Origin: Ophelia neglecta | Taxonomy: Eukaryota | NCBI GenBank assembly: GCA_965285935.1 | Contig: OZ260666.1 | Span: 49,290,001-49,354,000 of the forward strand | Reading direction: 5' to 3' | Length of the DNA: 64,000 nt | In this document: piece after piece, positions 14,601 through 27,559 of the stretch | Layout: every line of letters begins with the position of its first letter | Numbering within the stretch: position 1 is the stretch's first letter | Notes under the pieces: generated by a model | What the model was told of the DNA's origin: nothing | Database searches by the model: none | Seen by the model: only the letters and a program-made list of their open reading frames with translations | Made by a program: the position numbers and the translations under genes

Positions 14601-15604
14601 GATGGAGTCGTGTTTCGTCGCCCAGCACCTTCAGCTTTTGGAATTGTATACCCGGTTCGCGTGAGTAGTAAGCAGACAATTGATTGCTTATTGGATCATT
14701 ATAAAGCGGAAACGCTCGCAGCTGGATTGAATCACGAGGTAAAGCACATGAACATTCCTGCATTGTTTGGAGTCGCCAATATTCACCTCAACATAGACGT
14801 CGATGTTTCGCAGGTCAGAGAATTTATGAAAGTGCAATTAGTGTACCAAGGTTAGTAGGAATTATAGTCCGGAGATGAATTCATATTTTTCCAGCGATTG
14901 ATAGTTTATTTGCGCGATATTGTCATTATTTTGGCCATTTCTTGCTTATGTAGTTATTGCAATAACCATATTTTATCTTTCATTTTCCATTATTTTCAGA
15001 TTCTGCAATGTGTGGTTTGGATTACACCCCAGTAAACGACAGCATATATTCATTTGTTGCTTTCAGTTGGTTTTGGGCCTTGGTGCTACCGTTCACATTG
15101 ATGTTTTACTTTCACATCCGGTCCTTATTCGGAAGTACATACTCGCAGGAGACGTTCATGGCCGACTCCGCCGCCCAGGTTGACCTCTACATAACTAAAG
15201 TGTTAGCGTGCAGCAGTGTGGCGTCATTTATGTGTGATGTAGCATACTTTTCAGTTAACCTAGCGGCAGGCTTCGGTATTAGCATCTCACAAGAGGCCCA
15301 CTTTGCGGCCCACATGTTATTGTATATTAGTTGGGCTTTGCCCTGGACTATATTTTTGCTGACCTCTAGCGGCTGGGAGTGCTTAGGTTGCTGTGCGTGT
15401 GATTGTATTTGCTGGGGATCGTCGTTTCGATTCACGTCATGTTTACGTCCTTCAGGTACAAGAAATAGTCAAGGGTTCACTGAAACCGGGCAGGAGTTCG
15501 AGGCCAGACATAGACTACTCAGCCAAGTCGGGGGTAGTGTCTCAAACTCGCCCGCTTTAAGTGTCACCTCAGCAATCGTCGAAGAATTGGAAACTATTTT
15601 ATAA
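8665..15604 (+). CDS. Class A (rhodopsin-like) 7TM receptor, opsin-related loops but no Schiff-base lysine; 5 exons, 500 aa with exon 4 or 362 aa without
   Basis: Exons 8665-8899, 12412-12514, 13877-14022, 14437-14850 and 15000-15604, all GT-AG with compatible phases (1,2,1,1) and an open frame. Motifs: TM1 ISGN; ECL1/TM3 GKCAFGEVFCQLYG; ERF at the DRY position; TM4/ECL2 PIYGWGEY...CGLDY; TM5 LVLPFTLMFYF; TM6 and TM7 hydrophobic segments; Cys-rich tail CLGCCACDCIC. AATAAA at 15742. Confidence 0.9.
10040..10300 (-). mobile_element. Decayed L1/Tx1-clade LINE RT fragment in GPCR intron 1
   Basis: Translates to LPKKDK..YLINWRPISL.CCYYKLAAKA, NQTGFM and YIGENIQTMLD, with frameshifts. Confidence 0.8.
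11090..11760 (-). mobile_element. Decayed L2-group (Crack/Daphne-like) LINE AP-endonuclease fragment
   Basis: Translates to DLEPDINFL, FTLFGFTESWF, YR...GGVVSMFI, GVIYRPADTD and YIMGEFNVNL, which are APE-type endonuclease motifs, interrupted by frameshifts. Confidence 0.75.
12600..12850 (+). mobile_element. Possible decayed L2/CR1-group RT C-terminal fragment
   Basis: NDHLRLNDTKANEML and GSRH resemble the N-x-L-x-L-N-x-x-K-T-E segment of L2/CR1 RTs. The match is short and degenerate. Confidence 0.35.
14437..14850 (+). CDS. Symmetric phase 1-1 exon encoding a 138-aa extracellular domain inserted in GPCR ECL2 (possibly SEA/ferredoxin-like fold)
   Basis: Acceptor catttttgtag|GC, donor CAAG|gttagt. 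The exon is 414 nt, stop-free and in frame with both flanking exons, with two N-glycosylation sequons (NIT, NIS). Confidence 0.75.
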
Positions 15605-18600
15605 AGACTGCACACGCTCGTCAAATGTGCTATGGTATTAGCGGTCGTGCTATATCATGAAAAGAACATAAAAACTATAGAACATTTTATTAATAGTTTA
15701 TTGAACCTCTTTTATATAATGAGATGTCAGATTAAAGAAACAATAAAGTTTAAAACGATACGGTAGGATCCCGTCGTCGCCGTACGGCTTTAAAGGACTG
15801 TTCCGAATTTAAAATGTTTCATAAAGAGACGACCGCGGCAGACGAATTAAAAGAGCGAGGCACATCTCTGTATTTTAAAATAATATCAATATATATCACA
15901 AATATATTATAATGATAAGACAGCTATCCCAAAAGAAAGTTGGTTATACATTATACACTTAATAAATGGCTTATATAACATGGTTGACAAGTTAGGCAGA
16001 ATAGAAGTGTATTTAAATTGGTATGACGTGTTTAAAAGAGATGCTAGCAAAAGAAAAGGTAGTGCTCATTTGTGAAACTATTTGCTTTTAACATACAAAA
16101 TGCCTGGAAGAAGCCTTATGACATGTGCGAAAATTCTAATAGTTCCTGTGGGAATGGGGTGGTGTTGGGTGGAGGCAGTTCCTGTGAAGATAATACCATT
16201 GGAAATGCATGGTAGAGGCTTGTATATAGACAACCCGGTGACCTTGATGGGCGGAAACCACCCACACGCATTTTTTAAAATAGCACTATTTAGAAAGTTG
16301 CTTTCGATTCATTAACAATCATATGAAAATGAAACTGTTAATATCTGTTCTTCTCGTGCGTATAAAATATCGGCAAAGGACACGTAGAATTCCAAAGAAA
16401 CATTGGCTTAATTTATAGCTGTTAATACTCTGAGGATATACATGTAGATATTAACTTTTCTATAGTCTGTACCTTTATATGGCAAATAAATTGTTTTATT
16501 CAATCATTATTTTCCTTTTGTTCATTGCACGTTAATAGTTAATACCAAGGTCAAACAGGAATCACTTTCAAAATGATTTTCGGGCTTATCACAAAATGCC
16601 CCAAAATTCCCTCTTTAGGAATGCAGCCTCTCAATAGGACAGACTCCTATTGACTCGTGTTTCGTTGCGCAAAAGTGCTGAGCATCAACTCCTACTTTAG
16701 GGATTATACCTCAACCATTTCCACAAGAATACGATCCTTGTTCGATACATTTAACATCCGTCTCTTACTTATTTCCTATGCTTACACATTACGGCTGCAG
16801 ATCTAAATCAATTCAGGATGTCTTTAATTAGACCATTAAGTAAATCTTGTAAGTTGTATACTTTCTATTACCAAACCATATAAACCATTGGTACATATTT
16901 GTAAAATTAGGCAATGTGCAAAATTGTGTACATTTCCTCTTTATATATATACCGTGAAAGAACATTAGTAGGCAGGTTGCGTTAGATCAAACAAAAAATC
17001 TATAAAAAATATTTTCCATTTTTCGTCGTTAGTTGAATATAATTTAGGCTTCTGTCGCACAGCTTGGGTGAAATATATCTGAGGAGCAAATTTGGTACAT
17101 TAAACAATTTGTGAATAGTGGCAGCTCACGAATACTGATGTGACATAATCTCACTATTCAAACATGATGGAGGATGTTTTTATGCATTTGTCTTACACGA
17201 GGCTAACATTATCTGTCGGCTTTAATACAAATGCTGTGAAGATAGTTGCACATTATAAACTATGGACCATTTTCTAAGGGGACAATATAGGAAGCTAATT
17301 AAGAAATGACAGCAAAAAACAAAACAAAAAAAAAACAATTGTTTGGCGAGGATAACATATGTTGTACTGTTTCTCTTTCATATTCATGTTATTTCGACTA
17401 AGCATATATTTCATTATTTTGTCTAATCAGACTGGTGTGTGCGCGTGATTAGGCGGGGGGGGGGGGAGGTTCTTGTATACAATTTGCATGCGAGGGGTAG
17501 GGGGTTGGGGTCCTTCATATTTTTTTTAACGGGTTTGCAGCTGGAAGTTCGGGAACCATACTTTTGGCATTGGTTAGTGAGATCTAACATACAAGGTACC
17601 CTTAGTTAGGTTAATCTGACCAAAGAAACCTGGTAGGATGGTCTGGAAAAAATAAATCATTCTCGTAACTACCTTGCCTGAAATAACACTATTTCGTATT
17701 ATCGTTAACACACGGTACTTCTACCTAAATTATATTATCATACTGAAAAATCGGGCTGAGTTAACCTTTGGAGTGACTGCGAAAAAAACATGCGCTTTTC
17801 CAGGAAATTTGGTAAGAAACTGACCCTTGATGAAGCACATTTGCTTGAAAAAAAAGCGCCCCACTTGTCAAGCAGATCTAATTTATCAAGATATTACGAT
17901 CATGGAGCTTGTAAGTTTAGATTTGGCTTTTATGACTATATATTTTATTCAGACACTTCACAATGTTTTTTTTTACTTTTTGATTCTCACTTATGTGGGT
18001 TTCGTTTCTCGTTTATTATTATTTCTGTACCTATACCTGTGTGATATAAAAACAAATTTATTATGTGATTTCTCGAGAGCAGTTCAAGTTTAGTTTATAC
18101 TTAATACAGTTCGTATAATACATGATACGTCCTTTCCGTTGCGTTTACAAAAAGTGTTTCGTATTTTGCATAGAGTAACATTATCAAACAATCAGAAAAA
18201 ATATCGAAAAGGCATGTGCTGCCTTAAGAGATTTATTCATCAACAGCAGTCGACGTTTTTAACTCCAAAACCATGCCAAAAATTAACACTGTGTAAGGTT
18301 CATTCGTGTTATTTTTGAGCATCATTAGGTAAATAGACTTCAGTGCTTCGTTTTGGCACGGCATATTTTCATTTTCCCAATCTGTCTTATATTGCATGGA
18401 AATATAAAGAAAGGCACGACAGCTATATGGGCAATGCCAAAAAATTAATAGTTCATGTTTTGTCCAATATGGTTGCAATTCCAATGATAACAGTACATAA
18501 TTTCATTGCAGTTCTATTGGGTCAGTAAACGGGTGTCCCCCACATCATGATCCCTATAGTGGCCTTCAGAAGAGATGGTCTAATGGCAGACAGGCAAATA

Positions 18601-19149
18601 GTTTATATCCTGATATGTTTATAAATATGAGGTTATCTCTATGAGGTCTGCCAGCTGAAAGTGGCACCAGACCAGATATTAATCAGATCAGGTTGCGTTC
18701 TGAACAGCACAGCAGGAATCCCGAATTTGATGAGTTTTTACATTACAGGACTTTCAGCAATATCTGCACTTAGGGTGTATATGGCGTTAGTTTAAAACAG
18801 CTACCTCCTCTCTGACAAGGATATCTTGGAAAGCATGGCGCAATTCATTTACTTAATTTCTTATTGTATCAGATTATTTTCGTACTGAAAAAGCCATAGG
18901 CCCCTACTGATTATACATATACAACATGTTTTAATATATAGGCAAAATTGTCACTACAGAGTTGAGAAATTGTCACTACATAATTGAGCTATGTCACAAA
19001 TATATTGGCATGTTATCGGTATGAACCAGAAATATAACTCTTCTCATTGTACAATATAAAGACATCGTGAATAAAGCTTGCTAGATCCTTAAGCTCACAA
19101 GCAGAAATTGTCGACATCAGCGAAAAAATCATCTCCAAATTTGGGTGCT

Positions 19150-20050
19150 CCTAAAATCATTTCTTAATATAAATTGTCCTAAGTTCTGTGAAAAATTGCC
19201 AAACTAAAAGATATGGTACTCGTCGTCAATTATAATCTTATTAAAAATATGTCGCATGACAATTCTCTCTTTCCTATTCAATTAATATTTATATTTCCCT
19301 ATGGCTAACTTGTGAGCTGAACATCGGAATCTGACTAATGAGACAAATATGCATAAAAGGTATATTAGGACAAGATAGATATTTCTCAGGTTCAAGCTGT
19401 GATGTATAGTCTGAATTCATATTTAATTTACCGTATGATTGCAAATGACAGCGCCATTCCTGGTCTGCCCTAGGCCTATATCAGACACTCTTTGTCGAAA
19501 TTCAAGAAAAAAATATGTCTATCGCCAACCCCTTGTTGAAACCAAACCTGACCAAAACCATAGGACAATAAGGTCCTGCGTACACTACCTGCCCATGTTT
19601 GTCTCCCAATATCCTCTTTTAGGACGAATTTATAGCATTTTCTTTGGATAGCCTCTGTCTGCTTCCCTGCATCATAATCCCAACATCTGCGCCACAACAG
19701 AGTACTGGTATGTATCAAATAAACGAAGACGAGGTGTAGCTCGCGCAGATTTCTCGACATGTGCGGCAAGAGTATTAAAACATGGTGCTTAGCATAATCT
19801 GGATGAAAACTATATACCCAAAATAGTTATAATAAGGCACTTCTTCAACAGAGTTTCCATTGTATTACAACTTATTACGTTTACGTTTATGTCCGCCATT
19901 GGAGATAACCTTTTGTTTTCAACAGATTTACTTGCAGACCTTACATTTTACAAAACTCACTGAATGTGTTGAATTATCTTTGCATTCGGCCAACCATATC
20001 ATTGACAATAAGAAAGTTGTCTGCCTATAACAATAATAGCACAAATATTC
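19150..20050 (-). mobile_element. Decayed L2/CR1-group LINE 3-prime region
   Basis: Contains LLL*ADN (degenerate YADD), TWAGSVRRTLLSYGFGQVWFQQGVG, RFRCSAHKLAI and IDDEYH, typical of the C-terminal region of Crack/CR1-like ORF2. Confidence 0.7.
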
Positions 20051-23000
20051 CTTTACAGTCATTTGAATCAAACAATTCAATATGTTTATTGATACATATA
20101 TAGTATAATCAAAATGACCTTATCATACAACTTTGCCTAGTCCCCAATATACAAAAAAAAACTTCATTGAATCAAAAGGCGTTTTATATAAAAATTAAAT
20201 TGGAATACATGCATCAAAGTACTTATAGAACCTTTGAATAGAATCCGTGAATACCTTTATCAACACATAACTAAGCCGCATATGAGTCGAAATGTAGGCA
20301 CAATAAAACCGACCTCTTTTTCTACTTAGATATTTTTGAGCCATAGTGTATAAAGAAAAGAAATATTGATACTGTATATTAAGACCAACATAACGATACA
20401 GACTCCGTTAAGGCATGCGTGGACAATGGCCGCCGCCTTATTGGAGGGTGCGGGATGAGCATTAAGGTCGAACGTATCTTATTCTTAGTTAAGTTATTAT
20501 TGTAAGTAAAATAAGCTGCGTTAATTCACAAAAGAGTTTCGATCATTCCCACCATCCAGCCTTTCATGTATCGTCCGTGAAACCCACCATTACTCAATCA
20601 TTGAATCTACCATTTTACCGGATTGAACACGCGAGTGTTTCGATCAATATTCATAAGGTATTAAGGTAGGGAATAATAACATGACAGGGGACCTTGACAA
20701 AATAGATTGATAGAGTTCATTGTGTTGTCGGTAATTTTTGACATTTCTACGTCAAGATACACATATTTATAGGTTCACTAAGAAATATATAGCTACGTCC
20801 CCAATTTATGGCCGCACAAAGAACTCTGTCAAGGTCCTCAACAAGGACTTATTTCCATACCTTGAAACCCTTTGTGTTGTATGAGCCATAAATGGACCAG
20901 GTCATTTTTTATCCTTTTTGTGTCATTCGTGGGCAACTGTCTGTTGCCCATTGTGAGATTGGTGTTCTTAGAAGGCATTTAGAAATTACATGTGTAAACT
21001 CGTTGGGATTGCTTAGGGGCACTTACTATTCTTATCTTCGGGGACAAGAAGCACGTTTCGGCCTAGCCGAGTATTTAATGATCGTTCTTGAGAGTTTTTT
21101 CCCGGTAAAAGATCTAATAAAGCTTCGCTTAATTTTCTCTTTCGGTTGAACACAAAATAATATCAAACGTCAGACTGTGGCAGCAAATGTTTTCATTAAG
21201 AGGCAATATGACTAGTATTAACGCGCCGAAAAGTAATCGACAGTATGGGAAAGGGAAATAAAAATGAAATCGTATATAAAATTCCGAGTTGGCATCATGT
21301 GGATAAGAACATGGTCATATATTCTATATGGGCTTTAGATATTCATTCTCGTAGAAATTGAGTCTGGGAACCAAGTAGAGACATTTGAATCACACAATAA
21401 TGATGATATATGGGAGCGTTGCTTATGAGAAACGGCTAATTTACAATTGGGAACTGCATATCAACGTGTTTGTGTGAAAGGCACGAAATAAAAGGTAACT
21501 TTCGTCTTTTTATTGCTTAGGGTACGCAATTTCCGTTTTGTGTATTAAAATGTATATTTCTAATTCAAACCGAGCTCCATTTCGGATGCAATAATTGTAA
21601 ATAATGCGTTCTTACAAAGCAAAAAGTCCTTATGGGCAAGATTGCGAAATTAAAAAAAATAATATTGGTACAGTGTGCGGAATCATTTTTCCTATTAGAA
21701 TCTTGGGTTTTATTTTTTCCAGCAATACTTTGCACGGCGTGCCACAATAACACCGGGGTCCCCATGCACTTTACATGGAGGGGCTGTATAGTCCGACCTT
21801 AACGCTCATAATGATGCAGTCATGCGTATTAACTCTTAAACCAGAAACACGGTGTCTTTGAGAATAACTATTTCTGTAAGGGTTTTCCATTCTCTATCAT
21901 ATTCGCTAGAACCCGGTTCAAAAAATATCAATATCAGTTCACATCGTTACAGGTTCGAAAATAAACCAGATGAGATAAATTAGAAACATATGGTCGCAGT
22001 TGCGATGAGAAAATTTCAACATTTCCAGAGGATGTTAGTTTAAACATAAAACAAAAAGTTAAAGGTAAAAGTAAATAGGTCAAGAATAAACATGCCCACG
22101 CCGAGTGTGTTAATCACAAAAACAGGATAATATATAGATGACATTGTCCACTTATATACTGTAACAGGACTAATTGTGGATACATCATAATATGTAAAGT
22201 AAGAATCGGGACACGTCATACAATTAAGAAACAAGATGGTGTTTCCTTCGTGAGGTGAATCATTCACTGCTTTATTGTGAGTGAGCACATGTCAGCAGCA
22301 TGCGATTGTGTATCAATTATGTCGCAAGCGTCTATTGTCCCTACCAACCCTAAGATAAGCTGATAGCAAACAAATTGTCACTAACTTAAAATGTGCTAAA
22401 TTCTAGACAGGAACATTCCAAACAACAGCCATACATTGAATTTTTAAACCTCTTAGAGGCTGGTAGAATGTTTTATTAAATCCCAGTCTTCAAGTCGTGT
22501 GATCAATTTAGATACTCTTTTCGAACATTAAACAGTGCTCCTCAGTAAATGTTTTGGAATCGGGCAATTCGAAGCTGTTGTCATGGAGAGTTCAATGCCT
22601 ATACACTTTCAATACCATGGAAGAAAGGTGGCTGTCTAATAGTACAAGACAATATTGAGATGGATGAATGGTAAACGTTCAAAGTTCACTACAATCGACT
22701 TACCGCGCTCTTTCGTTTGATTAAACGCATTCGTTGGCGTTTTATTGTATTTATGTGCCAGTTTAGATTGGAAATCCAGCGGGCAGAACATTGTGTCTGT
22801 TCCTTTTTGCCTATAAATCATGGTACTTTTATGCTCGCTTATGGCATGAAAATACACCTACCAGAGTTAATGACTAATCCAAAATATGGCTTTACAGGTG
22901 TTATGAAACATAATCAAAAGGAGCAAACATACGTATTTCAAATCTTACTGATAGACATTTCAGGATATAAATGTCGTAGGGCTCACCGCTCTGTTTGCAG

Positions 23001-26000
23001 ACAAAGAGAAATGGTCCTCATGAGTAGGCCAGCTCGTTCATAAAGCCAAGTCGATTTCTCATGCTATACCCGTCCAGTTGTAAACGACGAGTCGTATCAG
23101 TGACTACAATATGTGGAACAGCTAAGACCCAACCATATCGTCCAGTGGGATTATTATCACAAGGAAATGATTTTTTCTAAGAACACAAAATGTTTATTAT
23201 GTATGCCTAAGGTTGAAAGATAATTCCACTTAAAAACTATTGTATGTTGATTCATACGAACATTCTGTCCCCAAGACCATGCAATAATCACACTGGTGCC
23301 GACAGCAGCAGAAGATAATGTTTTTTGTTTTGTTTTTTCGACCCGTGTTTCAATTAAGACTTAGGCTATAATAAAAGAGTTTATGACACATGAATGTAAC
23401 ATTATATTCCAAATGACCCTCATAATAATTGGCAGCAACCCCTCAATTTATTTATGCAGAGACATCATTCTCTTATATTTATGTCGATATCTTAGCAAAT
23501 TTTTGTTGTGTAACCTGGAGCAAATAGCCTACGGTATTACAGAAGAATTTCAAATCGGCGTGTCTAAGCAAATGCTCTTGCCCTTGGTATGTCCTTGGTA
23601 CATCTCAATTGTCTGCAATTAAGGTACAGTAAACAGTAGTGCTTGTGCAGCTAAGGACGCAGGAGTAAACGAACTGTTGGAGCTAAGGAGGTGAAAGAAA
23701 AGAAATGCACATTGTCTGTACTACCAATGTAGACCTTACAAAAAGCAATACTCCCGGAGCTATGCGAAAAATACGAATGGTTCGCGAGAAAATCAATATC
23801 GTCAAACTTTATCTCTGACTCTCTGGGCACCTTCGTTTGTAACTAGGTATAGTTCTTGTCAATTCCGGGCATGGGTTTAGTTAGACAGGAAATCACAGCG
23901 AAAATATGTAATATCAGTATAATTTTCAGACTCCCCATTTGGTATCTGTTGGGCGATATTACCATTTTCCTGACCTCGGAGTTTTATTTTACAAAATTAC
24001 CAAAGCTCTACAGGTAATAATGGGAAATATAAATTTTGAATTATTCGGATGTTTTAACGCGTCAATGTATTTTTTTCAGACTGCACACAATAGCACACTT
24101 CGCAACTTTCGCCAGCTACTTGTCCCTGAATATTTTTCACATAACATAACATTTATTTAGGTCACTTATGACTATGCATGATTGTCGTCTGATTATTTTG
24201 ACTTTCATTTCTTTCATCCCCTCCGAGTTGTCCACGGAGTGACAAGATGGATTATACTCTGATGTCCACTGATGCAGTGTGCCCTGTAAAGTGAGTGAGT
24301 GCTGTACGCTGCTGCAATGTGTTAAGCTGTGTATGTAGGCCTAGGCGTGTGCATAAGTAGGGAACCAGGAGAAAGATGCTGCCTACGTGACATTGCGGTT
24401 CCCATCGATGGTGTTATTGCTCCTCGTCAGTCGTCACACAGAGTATTTTTTTAACATGTGGCACTGCGCCAGTAAAAAAGCGAGATCTTCGATCGCTGGC
24501 AGCATTGATAATTCATGTTTTTATCATGTTTTATACGTTGTTTAGTGACCAAATCTATACGATATAGAGTGACCATATGATGGTTATTGGAGTTGGGAGA
24601 CTGGTTTCACAGTAACAGGTTCTGTCGGTTCCTAGTTGCAGGGCCTTACAACAAACTTAGCACATTGCTTGATAATGGTACAGTTTTGGAGATGTTTCAT
24701 TTTTTTATATTTTATCACTCATTATTATTAGGTTTCTTAAGTTTATTTGTTGTGCAAATTAACTTAATTAAAGTTTGAATTTTATTTAATGTTCATCTTA
24801 CAGCTGCAGCCTATAATGCAAATTAGGGCCAACCTTCAAGAGTCAAAACTAAAAAAAAATACAATTTTCAGAGCAGTTGCCATTTTCAAATTTCTAAAAG
24901 AGGAGCTCAATTTTAAGTGAAAAAGGACAGATTCCAACATAATTGTATATTATCAAAAATGAATCAATTTCTGAAGAACCTGACATTTTGTGATGCCCTT
25001 TTGTAACCTTTGAGGTTGTTCAGTTGATTGTATTGAATTGCCAAGGCCGGCCGGGGTTGAGTGCTTAATTTCACTCGTGTTTTGTTAAATGATAATTGTT
25101 TACAGAGCAAATCAGCTTGCTTGTTGAAGGTCTGAAACAATACATACATACTTCAAACACACCTGGTTACTTAAAGCAACAGTGCTCCCACCGTGAAGAT
25201 GGTGTTATGAATAAGCTTCTGACAAATATACCTAATAAATTCTACTGAAATGGGTCAATGGGATATTAAGTGCTAGACGACGTCAAACTCTCGCTTTTTT
25301 GTTGGGCGACGTGTTTTATGCATTGCCGGAAAATCATTATGTTATTGTATTGTGAGGAAAAGTGGAATTTGGCAGCAGCTGACAATTTATCGTCAACTTA
25401 AATGTCAAGTTCCTACCGCCTACCGGGACCTTTTGGATAAGACATCTTGAACAAAATGACATTTCCGGCTATTACAGATTTCACCTTTAGATATAATACC
25501 TGGTTATTTATACCACTAATAGTAGTGAATTAGTATATACATATTGAATTAATATGTTCCAAATGTAATTAGCCTATTTATAGCTTGAACATAATGTGTG
25601 TTTCTGTTATTCTTGTATAATTATGTGGGCAATTACACGTTAGTAGTTTCCAGTTTTCCAGCTGTATGCATGGGCTGGTGAGATCAGAAGTAAATAACTA
25701 TCAGTCAGTACCTGAGAGCAAGTAAGATCAAACAATGAAAAGAGTTATAAAAATATACAGTAGGAACTGTACGTTTGAGAGAACAAGGCGTTCGCTTTAG
25801 CAATTCTATAATTGGCTCCGAAACATGTTATAGGCAAATATTGTATTAGAGTCACCCAGAAAACAATCAGCTTTTGCATGTAGGTCACCAACTGGATTTG
25901 ATCAAGACGGGAGGGAGGATGACTTGCGGAGTACGACTGTTGAATGTTGAAAAATTGGGGGGGGGGGGGGACGGGTATGACTGCTGAGCTCTTCCCATGC

Positions 26001-27559
26001 TGCCGTTGGGAAAGCAACTGACTTGAAGATTTAGAAAACCAAGTCAAGAAGGCTCTGGTCTATGAATTGAAATGCTAAAGGTAATGACAGTCAAAGGCCC
26101 TAAACCAACGCAGGATAGTGAGCCCAGGAAGTGAGCACAATACAGAACCGATTAGCTGAGTACTGCTCAGAGCCGAAATCGAGCTACCAAGCTAATTAGT
26201 GCTGAAACTATAGGGGCTTCTCTTTAAAGATCCACTTGGCAGGAGATAGGCCCCTCAGAACTTGCTTTAACCTATCACGTGTCCTATTTTCGGATCCCGT
26301 CCTCGACTGCCGGCGCCTTGCTGTGTGCCGGCCACGGCTAAAATGAATGAGCTTAATTTGATTAACGTAGGCCTACTTCTGAAAGTAGAACCTTTAATCT
26401 ATTTTACCAAGTGATCCTTGCCCTTACAGAGTTGACTGTGACCATAACATCAAGATAAATTTAAATTTGGGTGCAGTCTATTGTGTTATAAGAACAATTG
26501 AAATATTAAATTTAATAAATGATTAATTAGTAATGTCTTTCACCCAAATCTTAAATATATGATCTATAAGCCAAAACATAGCAAAATAATATAGCTTTGG
26601 CATATAAAACGAATATCATTAGAAAATTCGGAGTAAAAATCAATCAATGCGTGTGGTTCCATTTCGGGAACAAGTATAATAATCGATTTCGCAGGAAATC
26701 AAGTCATCTGTGATCAAGTACACGGTTTTTCATTTCAAAAAAAAAGTAGACTAAGCTGTGTTCACTGGAGTGTATTTAGGAAGGGATACCATTTTCCCAC
26801 CAGAAACGGGTAGAGCAGGGACCCTTATTCTACAATTCCATGCTAGGCATGTTGTATAGTAGGATATAATTTTCTAATTGTTTTTAACATTAATAGATTA
26901 ATTTCACTTGACAGGATGTTACAATAAAAAGCCCAATAAAAAATGAGGGTGTCAAATTCTATTCGCCAGAAATGCTGGCGGGGAGGGGGGGGGGGGGGGT
27001 CTGGGGGCATCTTGGAGGAGAGGACACCCATCGACCAATGAAAGACCTTCTCGAAAGAACAATTGGAAGGCCGGACGCAGTGATACCACCTTTAGATCGG
27101 TAGAAAAAAACTCAGTTTGACTTCAAGACTCAGTAAAATATATTATTAATGTGAAAGGGGGCTCTTAGCAAAGGCAATATGAGAGGTTCTATATCATCGC
27201 CTACTGGTCGTATGTAATGTAATGTCGCGAAATATCCATACTTTACTGTGTGATTACATTTTCCGCAGAGGGAGATTAGTTATGTTTAAATTTGAACAAG
27301 AGCAAAATTACCCGACGTTACCCTCAATACGGAAATCAACATATTCTCACAACGTGCGGGGTAAAATTTATAGTTCTTAGATCAGAAAAATCGAAAATAC
27401 TATCCTGTCAGTTAAGGCGGTACAGTGAGCTAGAAGTTGGAAGAGGGCGGTAGACGGGACACTATGTAAAATTCATCAGTCATTGATGGACGGCGTTTAC
27501 CAACAATCTCTGAACCTCCACATTACATTGTACCACCAATGGAGTAGTAAGTTGTGAAA

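Noticed and set aside
8665-15604. Calling the GPCR a true opsin
   Set aside because: There is no lysine in TM7 and no NPxxY motif.
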